The notes below the pieces were generated by a model, which worked only from the letters and a program-made list of their open reading frames with translations, was not told where the DNA came from and did not search any database. A stretch of DNA of 63,534 nt, filler included, from Planctomycetota bacterium (GTDB lineage Bacteria > Planctomycetota > Planctomycetia > JALXBF01): assembly GCA_026991575.1 (NCBI GenBank). It is 6 parts of 6 records of this genome, joined end to end, with 100 filler letters (N's around TTAATTAATTAA, not from the genome) between each part and the next. Parts side by side here need not be neighbours in the genome. Positions count along the whole stretch, not along the records: positions 1 to 25,205 come from JALXBF010000031.1; positions 25,306 to 50,446 come from JALXBF010000032.1; 4 more parts are not named here. One strand, written 5' to 3'. Below, one piece after another: positions 20,592 to 30,275 of this stretch. Position numbers and translations under genes: made by a program. The stretch's first letter is position 1. Each line of letters starts with the position of its first letter.

Positions 20592-21161
20592 GCTTTCCCG
20601 ACTCCGACGGCTGCTACAGCACTCCTCCGTGAGGCTGCCACAAGTAGCAACCATGCCAATGCTAGGAAGCCGCCAAAGCAGGGTCAACCCGATGCAATTC
20701 CGGTGCCGAACCGCCCACCTGTACCATCACCGAGGGCCGCTGCGACTGATCCCACCGGCGCCAGCCGGCGCCGCCCAAAAACCGCTCTGGCGCGTCTGTC
20801 GAGGGCTCCGGTTGGCGGCCGGGTCGCTCACAACGGCACGTCCCCGACCAGTCCACGAGCGCGCCGTAAGCAGGGCACCGCCTGGACCATTACGGTCTAT
20901 ACACGGTGCAGACCCCACTATGCCGTCGTGCTTGCCGCCGCTGGTGCGCAGAGAGGTAGAAGCGTGGGCGTCGGCCGCGTGCGGGCATCACGCGGTAGAC
21001 TCGGCCGGGAAAAGCCGTCGCGCCCCCCTGGCCAGGTCACTTCCAGGTGCTAGACTAGCGTGGAACCGAAACTCGCCCACCAACCCCCCTTTGCCACCAC
21101 CAGCATAGCTGACGAGCCCTCGATGGGCCAGGATCCCGTTGCGGTTCACAGGGAGCTGGAC

Positions 21162-22250
21162 ATGCGCGCCCCGATAAGCAACCGACTGCTAATGGTCTCG
21201 ATGCCGTTGGTGCTGACAATGACGCTTGCCCCGACGGCAGCTCACAGCGGTGTGAACCAGACGCTGGCCAAAGCAGACGCACTGAAGGAGCACCTGGAAC
21301 ACGTGCTCGACCTGACGCGGCGGCGTTACCTGATTGCCGGACGCCACACGCCGTGGCAGATCTTCCACGGCATCCTGGCCTTCGGTCGCGACTTCATGAT
21401 CAAAGGCCCGGATGACCGGGTCATCCCCGCCATCGACTACGTGTGTCGTCACGCTACGCTCGACGACCAGCGGATCTTCCAGCCGACACGCTACGGCTTG
21501 CGGGTCCTGTCTTCTGGTGCGACCGAGGGGCACCCGGATCAGTTCCTGGCAGTCTTCGCCATGAACAACGTCCCGATCGATTATCCGATCATCGTCGGCG
21601 ATCTTCAGTACCAGGTCCATCATCTGGTGACGCAGGCCCAGTACGACTACTACTGGGGCAGGGAAGCGTCCTGGACGCTCATTGCCTTGAGTACCTACCT
21701 GTCTCCGGACACCCGCTGGCGAAACAAGTACAACGACGTTGTCAGCGTGGAGCAGATCGTGCGCTACGAGGTAAGCCTGCCGCCGGACGGAGCCCCGTGT
21801 GCCGGGACCCATAACCTGTATGCACTGGCCCACGCCCTGCGTGAGGCGGAGCGCAAGAGCAAGGGGACGGAATTGACCGGGGTCTGGCAGGCAGCACGGG
21901 ATAAGCTTCACCGTTACGTCCAGCTAACCCGTCAGCTTCAGTCGTCTGACGGCAGCTTCGTGGCGGCCTTCAGACGTCATGCCCTCTCCGCCGACGATCC
22001 CGAGGACGTCATGTACGCGACGGGGCATACGCTCGAGTGGCTGGTGCTGTTTCTGCCAGAGGACGAACTGCAGAGCCGTTGGATCGAACAGGCGGTGGAG
22101 CGGTTGCTGACGGCGTTCGACGTAACCGCGACCGATCCGGTACGCTGCGGACCACTGTACCACGCTGCCCATGCACTGCGGCTCTACTATGAACGCCGCT
22201 TCGGCCGGTGGACACAGTCCACCGAGCCGGCTTTGCCTGCAGGCCAATGA
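21162..22250 (+). CDS. Secreted conserved hypothetical protein (planctomycete-type)
   Basis: Signal-peptide-like N-terminus with His-rich blocks HTPWQIFHG, GHPDQFLA, CAGTH, GHTLEWL and LYHAAH. Function unknown. Confidence 0.65.
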   Translation: MRAPISNRLLMVSMPLVLTMTLAPTAAHSGVNQTLAKADALKEHLEHVLDLTRRRYLIAGRHTPWQIFHGILAFGRDFMIKGPDDRVIPAIDYVCRHATLDDQRIFQPTRYGLRVLSSGATEGHPDQFLAVFAMNNVPIDYPIIVGDLQYQVHHLVTQAQYDYYWGREASWTLIALSTYLSPDTRWRNKYNDVVSVEQIVRYEVSLPPDGAPCAGTHNLYALAHALREAERKSKGTELTGVWQAARDKLHRYVQLTRQLQSSDGSFVAAFRRHALSADDPEDVMYATGHTLEWLVLFLPEDELQSRWIEQAVERLLTAFDVTATDPVRCGPLYHAAHALRLYYERRFGRWTQSTEPALPAGQ

Positions 22251-22427
22251 CCGGAGAGATGTCCCACCGGCAGGACGGTTGGCCGGAAGCGGCGGCCATG
22301 TCGAGGCGGCGATGACCAGATCCGGTCGGGCTTCCGATGCCGGCGCGGCTTGCATGTGCGAAGACCGGTAGCTTCAGCCGATTGCCTGGCGTGCCGTTGC
22401 CACTGCCGCTTCCAGATCGGGTTGCCA

Positions 22428-24779
22428 TTACTTGACCGCACGCGGGGGCGCTGGTGGACCGATCTGATGCAGAAGGCGGCCATTGTTCAGGTCCCAGAGC
22501 CACAGGATACTGGCCTGGCCACCGGCCGCGATCCAGCGCCCCTGGCCGTCGACTGAGACGGCGTACAGGAAGTCGCGCGCGCCGCCGTAGGTACGGACGG
22601 TGCCCCCGTTGTCGGTGTTGTACCGCCGCACCTGCGCGTCCGCCCCACAGGAGACCACCTGGTTCGTGCGCGGTACGACCGCCAGCGACGTCACCTGCTT
22701 GCTGTGCCCTCCGATTGTCCTGACTTGCTCGCCCGTCTGGAAGTCCCAGACCTTCAGCACGTTGTCTGCGCCACAGGTGACCAGCCGCCGTCCGTCCCAG
22801 CGCCACACTACGTCCAGCACGTGGTGTGTGTGCCCTTCGAACTTGCGTAGCTGCTGACCGGAGGCGAGATCGAACACGCGGGCGATCTTGTCCGCCCCGC
22901 AGCTAGCCAGCATCGTCCCGTCCGGGCGAAAATCGAGCCCGAAGACCGTATCGCTGTGCGGTTCGCCAAAGTCCCGTACCAGTTCGCCGGTCCGCACATC
23001 GAACAGCTTGATTTCGCCAAAACGACTGGGCTCGCCACCACCGGTGGCAAGCAACCGGCCGTCGGGGCTGAAGTCCAAGGCAAGCACCCGGTGGGCAAAG
23101 CCAGAGGTGAGCTCCAGGTAAGGTTGCCACTGTGTCGAGCAGTCCCAAAGCCGCACGGATCGGTCTGCGCCGACAGACACCAGCCACGTGGTGCCTTTCA
23201 GATAGGCCAGCGCATGTACCGATCCCACGTGCCCGGCAAATTCGTGCAGCATCCGGCCAGTCGCCACCTCCCAGGTGCGGATCTCACCGTTGTCCGAACC
23301 GATCGCCACGCGAATCCCGTCAGGCGAAAGCACGGCTGAGCGGAGTGCGCCTGTGTACCCCCCCAACACTCGCTGATTCTTGCCGCCAGCGGGGAACGGT
23401 TTGAAGTCGCCATACTGCCAGACGCGGGCGAGTTTGTCCGCGCCGGCCGTTACCAGCAGATTGCCCAGTGGGCTGATCGCAACGGCGCGAACGGCACCGC
23501 TGCCGTGCTGAAGCGCCCGGAGCTGCTTGCCATTCTGTGGGTCCCATGCGATGACGCGACCGTCGGTTGAACCGCTAACCAGCTCCTTGCCATCGCGTGC
23601 GAAGGCCAGCGCGGTGACGGCGCCGCCGTGAGCTTTCCATTGCTTGAGGAGCTCCAGTTCAGGAAGCCGTACGACATGCACCTCACCGTTCGCATAGCCG
23701 ATGGCTGCCAGGCCTGCCCGTGGCTCCGCGGCGATGGCGCGAACGGCCACCTTGGACGGCCGCCGCTTAAGTAGTTTGCCCTGCGGCCCAAGGAGGATCA
23801 GCTCATTCGATGTACCCATTAGCAGCCGGTCCTCCGGCAGTGCAATCAGCGCTTCGGGCGGCCCCGCCGGCGACCGGACGCGCTGCAGTGGCGTCTCGCT
23901 CTGTGCCGCCCACCACTTAAGCTCCCCGTCAAGACCACCGGTAACGAAGCGCCCTGTTGTCGCATCCACCACAGCCAGCGCCGTGGCCGAGCCGGCATGT
24001 GCCATCACGCCCCGAGTCCTTTCGGGATCCACATAGTGAACCAGTTGCACGTTGCCCGGGGCACGCCAGATCTTGACCAGCCGATAGGATCCGGATGCCA
24101 GCAGCGAGCCGTCCGGACTCCACGCCAGGCTCTGTACGTAATCCAGATGGCCACCCAACGAGACCACTTCTGCTCCGGATTGAGCATCGTAGACCTGGAC
24201 GCGGTTCCCACGCCCCACCGCCACGTAACGCCCGTCAGGGCTGAACTCGATGGCAAGGATTGCATTCAGCTGCGGCGGCAGCGGACGAAGTTCCAGCTCG
24301 GTGTCATCGACTGCCTCACTGTCGTCCTTCGCGCCCTGATCGATCCAGAGCTGGATAAGCCCGAGCTCTTCGGGCGTCAACGGCGGGTAGTCCTTCCGGT
24401 CCGGTGGCGGCATGAACGGTTCGCTGCGCCGCGCAGCGACCTTGATCAATAGACTCTCTGCCCCGTTGCCCGGGATGATCGCCGGCCCACGTTTGCCGCC
24501 CTTCAGCATCGTGCTTACTTCTTCCAGGTTGAGCTTGCCTTCAGCAAGGCTCAGACTGTGGCAGGCCAGGCACTTCTCCTCCAGGATGGGCAGCACTTCT
24601 TCAAAGAAACTGACCGGGGTGTCCCTGCGAGGCACGGCGATAGGGATCGGCTTGACGTCCGGTTTGGGTGCTGCCTCCTGCTGCGCGACGACCGGGGCAA
24701 GTCGTGCGATAGCCAGCAGACAGCCGGCTAGCCAGCACAGAATCCGAGCGCGGGTCACGGTGGGCATGGTTCCGAACAC
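22428..24779 (-). CDS. Planctomycete cytochrome c domain + WD40-repeat protein
   Basis: VSFFEEVLPILEEKCLACH heme-binding motif and MPP...WIDQGA, followed by many GH...WD repeats. Confidence 0.9.
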   Translation of the reverse strand: MFGTMPTVTRARILCWLAGCLLAIARLAPVVAQQEAAPKPDVKPIPIAVPRRDTPVSFFEEVLPILEEKCLACHSLSLAEGKLNLEEVSTMLKGGKRGPAIIPGNGAESLLIKVAARRSEPFMPPPDRKDYPPLTPEELGLIQLWIDQGAKDDSEAVDDTELELRPLPPQLNAILAIEFSPDGRYVAVGRGNRVQVYDAQSGAEVVSLGGHLDYVQSLAWSPDGSLLASGSYRLVKIWRAPGNVQLVHYVDPERTRGVMAHAGSATALAVVDATTGRFVTGGLDGELKWWAAQSETPLQRVRSPAGPPEALIALPEDRLLMGTSNELILLGPQGKLLKRRPSKVAVRAIAAEPRAGLAAIGYANGEVHVVRLPELELLKQWKAHGGAVTALAFARDGKELVSGSTDGRVIAWDPQNGKQLRALQHGSGAVRAVAISPLGNLLVTAGADKLARVWQYGDFKPFPAGGKNQRVLGGYTGALRSAVLSPDGIRVAIGSDNGEIRTWEVATGRMLHEFAGHVGSVHALAYLKGTTWLVSVGADRSVRLWDCSTQWQPYLELTSGFAHRVLALDFSPDGRLLATGGGEPSRFGEIKLFDVRTGELVRDFGEPHSDTVFGLDFRPDGTMLASCGADKIARVFDLASGQQLRKFEGHTHHVLDVVWRWDGRRLVTCGADNVLKVWDFQTGEQVRTIGGHSKQVTSLAVVPRTNQVVSCGADAQVRRYNTDNGGTVRTYGGARDFLYAVSVDGQGRWIAAGGQASILWLWDLNNGRLLHQIGPPAPPRAVK

Positions 24780-24798
24780 CTATGGCCCAAAGGTCAGG

Positions 24799-25205
24799 TT
24801 AGGCCCCGAGGTTTTCGAGGCCGAGTTCGGCGAGTTTTTCTCGGGTGGGAATTCCCTCTGAGGTCCAGCCGCGGATCTTGTAGTACTCTTCGAGCATCGG
24901 TTCTAGGTTAACGGTCACGCCCTTGGACCGTCCAGAGGGTAGCGGCACACGGGTGATCCGCTCCGGTAACGTGTCCGTGTGGCGGCCGTGCCCGGCGCGC
25001 AGGTTAAAGAGGTGCTCCAGGTTCCAGGTCCGCTCACCGACCTTCACATGGGCATCCATTGAGTAGTCCAGCCCGGTCGCAGCGGCGGTCATGGCCACCA
25101 GGTCCTCGGGCGGCGAGCCCGCGAAGCCGGTGAACAGGCAGACACCCGTGTTATCGTGCGCCGTGCTCTTGTTCTGCTCGCTGACCACCCAGGGCGCCTT
25201 GCCTT
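24799..25205 (-). CDS. Aldehyde:ferredoxin oxidoreductase, C-terminal fragment (cut at contig end)
   Basis: EHLFNLRAG...DTLPERI...MLEEYYKIRGW...GIPTREKLAELGL matches the AOR-family C-terminus. Confidence 0.88.
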
Positions 25206-25305
25206 NNNNNNNNNNNNNNNNNNNNNNNNNNNNNNNNNNNNNNNNNNNNTTAATTAATTAANNNNNNNNNNNNNNNNNNNNNNNNNNNNNNNNNNNNNNN
25301 NNNNN
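25206..25305. other. Artificial contig linker
   Basis: N44-TTAATTAATTAA-N44 (stops in all six frames). Confidence 0.98.
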
Positions 25306-25434
25306 CTGCACCGGTGTGTCCGCGACCAAGCTATTCACGGCGCTCGTGTCAGAAATGGCTCCGCCCGCGCGTTGTAGTAGCAGAGGATGCTGCCCCGCAC
25401 ACCGCAGACGGTCCTCAGAGCCGGAGGATTGGGG

Positions 25435-28400
25435 ATGTACGTGGTGGTCACCGATGAACAGTTCAACAAAACCTGCGCAGAGCAGGGCCTAGGGTCCAAG
25501 ATTGAGCAAATCCAGAAACGGCTCGAGGAATGCACTGCCCCTGACCGGCCTTACATTCCCGGCTTCAAGCCCCTCAAGGGGCTATGGTTCGTTCGGCCCT
25601 TGGACGGGCGCACGATCGTGGCCCGCTACGCTCGGCACAAGCACCCGAAAGGCAGCGAGTTTGTCGCCGTCTACCTCCTAGATGTTAGGAACGAGCCGGT
25701 CCACAAGGTGCGCGAAAGCGCTGATGAGCTGATTCCGCTGCTGGAACAGCGATTCTGCGAATGCCGCAGGCGGTTCAGCCCAAGCGTGGCGACCGCGGTC
25801 AGCGCTTCGGTTACGTTGCCCTCGCTACCACTGCCGCCGCCCCTGTTCGGCGATTGGCCATCGCGGATTGGAGGCTTCTCGGCAAACGAATACATCTTCG
25901 AATCGCCCGATTGGACCGAGCGTCTCGGGAGCCTGACCCCTGGCGTGGTCAGCGGCCTGTTCGGCCTGCTTCGACGCATCGCAGATGCTGCGATCCGCGC
26001 GCCGCGCGGGGTGGGCTCTGTCAAGTCGGATGGCGTGGACGGCTGGAGAGCTTACTATGCAACCGCTTACGGTCACGTTTACTGCTTGGACATCGTGCCC
26101 GCCAGTGAGGCCTCGGCTGCCGAGCCGGCGCTATCTCAGCGTTGGAACGCAATAGCCGCCGACCTGCGCCGGGCCGGCCTTTCGGGCGCTGCCACCGCGC
26201 CAACACTAGCGGCGGACGTCCTTGGGCCGTACACGGCCCGTGCCTATCCGAGCTACCTATTGGCGGATGAGGCGTGCTGGCAAAAGCTTGTCGCGCTCGC
26301 GCACTCGCGGGTGTCTCCTGCCGCGGCCCGCTATCAGCAGCTCGCCCTGTCTGCGGAGGAGATACGCCAGCTTGACGAGTTGCTCCGTGGCCAACAGTTG
26401 CCCTGCTTCATCGAGGGCAGGGCAGGCAGCGGAAAATCTACGATTCTGTTCTACTTTCTCAGTTCGCTGGTCCAGGATCTGTCGCGGGACCTTGCCACAG
26501 AGGGTGCTATAGGCTTTGTGACCCACAGCAGCTACCTGCGGGACGCTGCCGCGGAGATCGTTCGCGCGCTGCTCTCCATCGAGCACACGCCCCATGAGAC
26601 CACTAACATGCTGCGCACGATTCAGTTCGAGACGTTCCCTAGCCTTGCCCTGAAGAAGCTCCCGCCGGCCGAGCGTGCCCGTTTTGGCGATCCGTTCGCC
26701 GCAGGCGACAGCAGACGCATTGACCATGTGCGGTTCCGCGACCTCTACACGAAGCCCACTTCTCCCCACAGCTTCCACGGGCAGAGGGCGGTGCCCTGGC
26801 AGATCGCATGGCATGTGATACGGACTTACATCAAAGGCTCGTGCCTTGCCCCGGGGGAGCCCTGGATGGATCCTGACACCTACAACGAGGTCGTGCCAGC
26901 CAAGCATCGCACGGTTACGACTGACCAATACCAAGCGGTTTTCGAGAAAGTATGGCCTTGGTACGCCTCACTTACAGATCAGACCCGTTCTAACCCATTT
27001 TGGGACGACACCGATCTCGCGCGTCACCTGCTTGCCCACCGTGTCAGCGACTTGGAGGGTGGGGCGTCATTTTTCGCCCTGGTGTGCGACGAGGCCCAGG
27101 ACTTTGCGTTGGTCGAGGTCATGGCCCTCCTGCGACTACTGCGCTGGGCTACGTGTGACCTGACCGGAATCGTCAAGAATGGGTACTGCCCTTTGCCCTT
27201 CGTGCTTGCGGGCGATCCGCTCCAGACGGTGAATCCAGCGGGCTTTCGATGGGGACGGGCTCACCTCGCTGTGCAGACAGCGCTGGCCGGCGCGTTGCAC
27301 ACCGAAAGCCATATCAAGATCCACCGTGCCTGTCTCACCTACAACTACCGTAACCCACCGGTTGTAGCGAAAGGCGCTAACGCTATCCAGATGGTGCGGT
27401 CTATCCTTTTCCCGGATGCGTACATCTCGTTGCGGCCGCAGCGTATTTGGCACCGGGACATCGTCGGACGCCTGGGGTTGGCTGCGTACGATGATCCAGA
27501 AGAACTCCACGTGCTCGAGAAGATGGGCGCTATGGTGATCGTTCCCAACCGGGCGGACGCGGAAGCCTGGTTAAAAGCGGGGGAGGCGAATGGGGCGTCC
27601 AACCAACATCGTCCAGAGGTTATGACGCCGTTCGAAGCGAAAGGGCTTGAATACCCTACGGTTGTCCTGCTGAACTTTGGAGAGGCGTTCGTCCGGCAGC
27701 GACTCGATGCAATATTCAGGAAGAGTCCGCCGTTGGACGAGGAGGCGGCGGCTACAATCGTAGCACAGCACTTCTTCAACGCGCTGTACGTGGCATTCAC
27801 CAGAGCGACGGCGGACCTTTTCATTGTCGATACGAAGCGGGGCATTGATCGATTCTGGAAGCCGCTACGCGACTTCGTGGAAGCTTACTGCCGGGACGAG
27901 TGGGTCGGTTGTTCGGACTTGGAGTGGGATGAGGTGCCCATTTCGTCCCTTGAGCCGGCGAACGTGTCTCCGGTGTATCTGGCGCAGCAGCTGTGGGCGA
28001 ATGCCATGTGCGATGCCGATCCGGTGCTCGCAAATCAGGCGGCTGCGCTGTTCCAGAAGGCTGGGAACCCCACTCAGGCTCGTATCTGCAAGGCGCACGC
28101 CTTGTACTGGGAGGGGAATGCCGAGACGGCAGCCGACATGCTTGCTTCGCTGCCGGCCGAGGCGGCCACGGCGTGCCAGTGGTATTGGGAGGCCGGACGG
28201 TGGGATGCGGTGAACAGACATGGGCGCTCTCTATGCGGTGCTCAATGGCGGCCCATGGTCGACGTCGCTGGCCTACTCTGCCAGAGGGAATGGGATCCGA
28301 GCCGAGTTCGCGCGTTGATGGAGATCTTGACCCAAATCGCTGCTGAGGGCGTTTCGCCGGTGTCGGGCACGTCATGGCGGGGGTGGCGCAAGGCTGCGGT

Positions 28401-30108
28401 CGCTGCTCTGGCCGCCGTCTCCCGCGTGACGGAGTCAGCAGCGCCCACAGAACTTGGGACGTGGTGTCGCGCGCTGGAGCGTCTGCTGTGCGTGGGTGGC
28501 AGCCCATCGGCCGAAGAGTATGCCGCATTATACGATATCGCCTACGCAGCGGCCAGGCGCGAGGATGTGCCGACAATGAAGCGCGAGCTCTTTGCCGCAG
28601 TGAAGAAATATGGTGAGGCGAGTGGTAAGACAAATGACTCAGCCTACCGGCACGCTGTCGCCGAGTTGGCAGACTTTCCTGAGAACATAGCGCTCTTCTG
28701 GGATGCGAAACGACCAGAGGACGCGCTCGCTGCTTGGGCCAGGGCTGACCGGCCGTTCGGGAGTCTTCCGGACGACGTCCAGGAGGCCGTCCTGAAATGC
28801 TACTGGGAGTTGGGGCGCGTCGAGAGCGGTATTGCGGAGGCCGTCTGCGACGATACAGTGCTTGCGTACCGACTGATTCTATCCACCATTCGCTCGCAGA
28901 GAGGTGCTATTAGTCCAGAGCGCGTACTAGCCGACGCAAAGGCGCAATTGATGAAGCGCTACGGGACTAAGGAGAAGGGGGAATCACGCTTTGTAGACTT
29001 GATCACCGATCTGGTCGATGTCCTGACAAGGGGTGATCCCGCGCCCCGGGGTGACCCACGGGCCATCCGAGAGGTCCGAACGCGGTGGATCCGTGCGGCC
29101 GCGCATGCGCTCGTCGAGTGCGGGACGCAGCGTAGCCGTATCGTGTCGGCGATGCGGGCAACTGGCGAGAGGCACCCCCAACCTAGAGGCAGCGTGGCAT
29201 GTGCACGCCGCAACGTGCTGGCCCACGCCATCATCGACAGGATCGACCGGCTTACTCGTTCGGACCGGAGGACGAAGTCACGTTTCCGCAGGGAAGACGT
29301 CCTTGCGAGCGCTTTGGATAGCTGGTTGTTCGTGGGTGAGTTCTACTATGATTTCGAGCCGGAGGGCAACTTACGCGGTGCCCGCAAAGCAAACTGGGAT
29401 GTCTACCGAAGAGATGATTATCCACAGCTCAGTGAGGAGGCCAAGGTTATCCTGAGGTGGCTACGCCAACTGATCAAGTTCTTACGCATGCGGCGAATCG
29501 CGCGCAAGTCCGCTGCGTTGGCCGAGCTTCTGGACTGTGCCAGGTCGCGGGCGCGCACCGTCGTGGAGCACTTGGTGGAGGGGCTTAAGGAAGGCAGCGA
29601 CCGCACAACCGATGAGCCTCCACCGGTGGATGCCACGGCCGATTGGCGAACCCTCGTTGAGGCAGGCTGCGCGTTGTTAGAGCCGCCGGCTCGGTCGGAA
29701 TTGCGTGCCACGCTTGAGCGCCTGGGCGTCGATCAGCTGAAAATCAATCTGTCGGTACTTGACGATCCGGGGTTAGGCGGAGCCGAGGTGCTGACGCGGG
29801 ATAGGCCTCGCGCGGAATACAAGGGAGTGAGGATTGAGGTAAACCTAGCCACAAGAGAACTGGTTATCGAGAGATTGAGAGACCGTCGCATGGCGTATTT
29901 CTCGCTTCCCCACCGCTGCTTCTCGCCCGACAGCACGTTGGAGGCCCGGACGATCGAGGAGGAAAGGCAGTGGGAGGTGGTAATCGAGGATGGTCCGAAA
30001 GGGAATGCGGGGCGAGTCCTGTACATCTGGGTGTCGCAGAAGCGCTCAGAGTGGCTGTGCGTTGAACTGGAGGGACGGCGGTGGCGTACACGGCTCACCA
30101 ACGGCTAG
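25435..30108 (+). CDS. Giant SF1A (UvrD-like) helicase with possible RelE-like N-terminal units and a helical/TPR-like C-terminal region
   Basis: IEGRAGSGKST, VCDEAQD, AGDPLQTVNP, LTYNYRN, AKGLEYPTVVL and LYVAFTRA are helicase motifs I-VI. GGAGG RBS before ATG 25435. The accessory domains are inferred. Confidence 0.8.
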   Translation: MYVVVTDEQFNKTCAEQGLGSKIEQIQKRLEECTAPDRPYIPGFKPLKGLWFVRPLDGRTIVARYARHKHPKGSEFVAVYLLDVRNEPVHKVRESADELIPLLEQRFCECRRRFSPSVATAVSASVTLPSLPLPPPLFGDWPSRIGGFSANEYIFESPDWTERLGSLTPGVVSGLFGLLRRIADAAIRAPRGVGSVKSDGVDGWRAYYATAYGHVYCLDIVPASEASAAEPALSQRWNAIAADLRRAGLSGAATAPTLAADVLGPYTARAYPSYLLADEACWQKLVALAHSRVSPAAARYQQLALSAEEIRQLDELLRGQQLPCFIEGRAGSGKSTILFYFLSSLVQDLSRDLATEGAIGFVTHSSYLRDAAAEIVRALLSIEHTPHETTNMLRTIQFETFPSLALKKLPPAERARFGDPFAAGDSRRIDHVRFRDLYTKPTSPHSFHGQRAVPWQIAWHVIRTYIKGSCLAPGEPWMDPDTYNEVVPAKHRTVTTDQYQAVFEKVWPWYASLTDQTRSNPFWDDTDLARHLLAHRVSDLEGGASFFALVCDEAQDFALVEVMALLRLLRWATCDLTGIVKNGYCPLPFVLAGDPLQTVNPAGFRWGRAHLAVQTALAGALHTESHIKIHRACLTYNYRNPPVVAKGANAIQMVRSILFPDAYISLRPQRIWHRDIVGRLGLAAYDDPEELHVLEKMGAMVIVPNRADAEAWLKAGEANGASNQHRPEVMTPFEAKGLEYPTVVLLNFGEAFVRQRLDAIFRKSPPLDEEAAATIVAQHFFNALYVAFTRATADLFIVDTKRGIDRFWKPLRDFVEAYCRDEWVGCSDLEWDEVPISSLEPANVSPVYLAQQLWANAMCDADPVLANQAAALFQKAGNPTQARICKAHALYWEGNAETAADMLASLPAEAATACQWYWEAGRWDAVNRHGRSLCGAQWRPMVDVAGLLCQREWDPSRVRALMEILTQIAAEGVSPVSGTSWRGWRKAAVAALAAVSRVTESAAPTELGTWCRALERLLCVGGSPSAEEYAALYDIAYAAARREDVPTMKRELFAAVKKYGEASGKTNDSAYRHAVAELADFPENIALFWDAKRPEDALAAWARADRPFGSLPDDVQEAVLKCYWELGRVESGIAEAVCDDTVLAYRLILSTIRSQRGAISPERVLADAKAQLMKRYGTKEKGESRFVDLITDLVDVLTRGDPAPRGDPRAIREVRTRWIRAAAHALVECGTQRSRIVSAMRATGERHPQPRGSVACARRNVLAHAIIDRIDRLTRSDRRTKSRFRREDVLASALDSWLFVGEFYYDFEPEGNLRGARKANWDVYRRDDYPQLSEEAKVILRWLRQLIKFLRMRRIARKSAALAELLDCARSRARTVVEHLVEGLKEGSDRTTDEPPPVDATADWRTLVEAGCALLEPPARSELRATLERLGVDQLKINLSVLDDPGLGGAEVLTRDRPRAEYKGVRIEVNLATRELVIERLRDRRMAYFSLPHRCFSPDSTLEARTIEEERQWEVVIEDGPKGNAGRVLYIWVSQKRSEWLCVELEGRRWRTRLTNG

Positions 30109-30275
30109 GAGAGCAACAGTGCGGGCGACGTGAGCAGGTGGGTTCTAAGGAGCGCTCGGGGGTAGTGGTCGTTATGGTGCGCCGGAGAACCAGTAACGGA
30201 AAGGGTGGGCCGGCGGACCGCGGGGGTCAGTGGTACGTAGGAGCAATAGTCGTTTAGGGGTGGTACCAGAGCACG

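Noticed and set aside
25250..25261. TTAATTAATTAA palindrome recurring five times
   Set aside because: Always centred in N runs, so it is an artificial six-frame stop linker.
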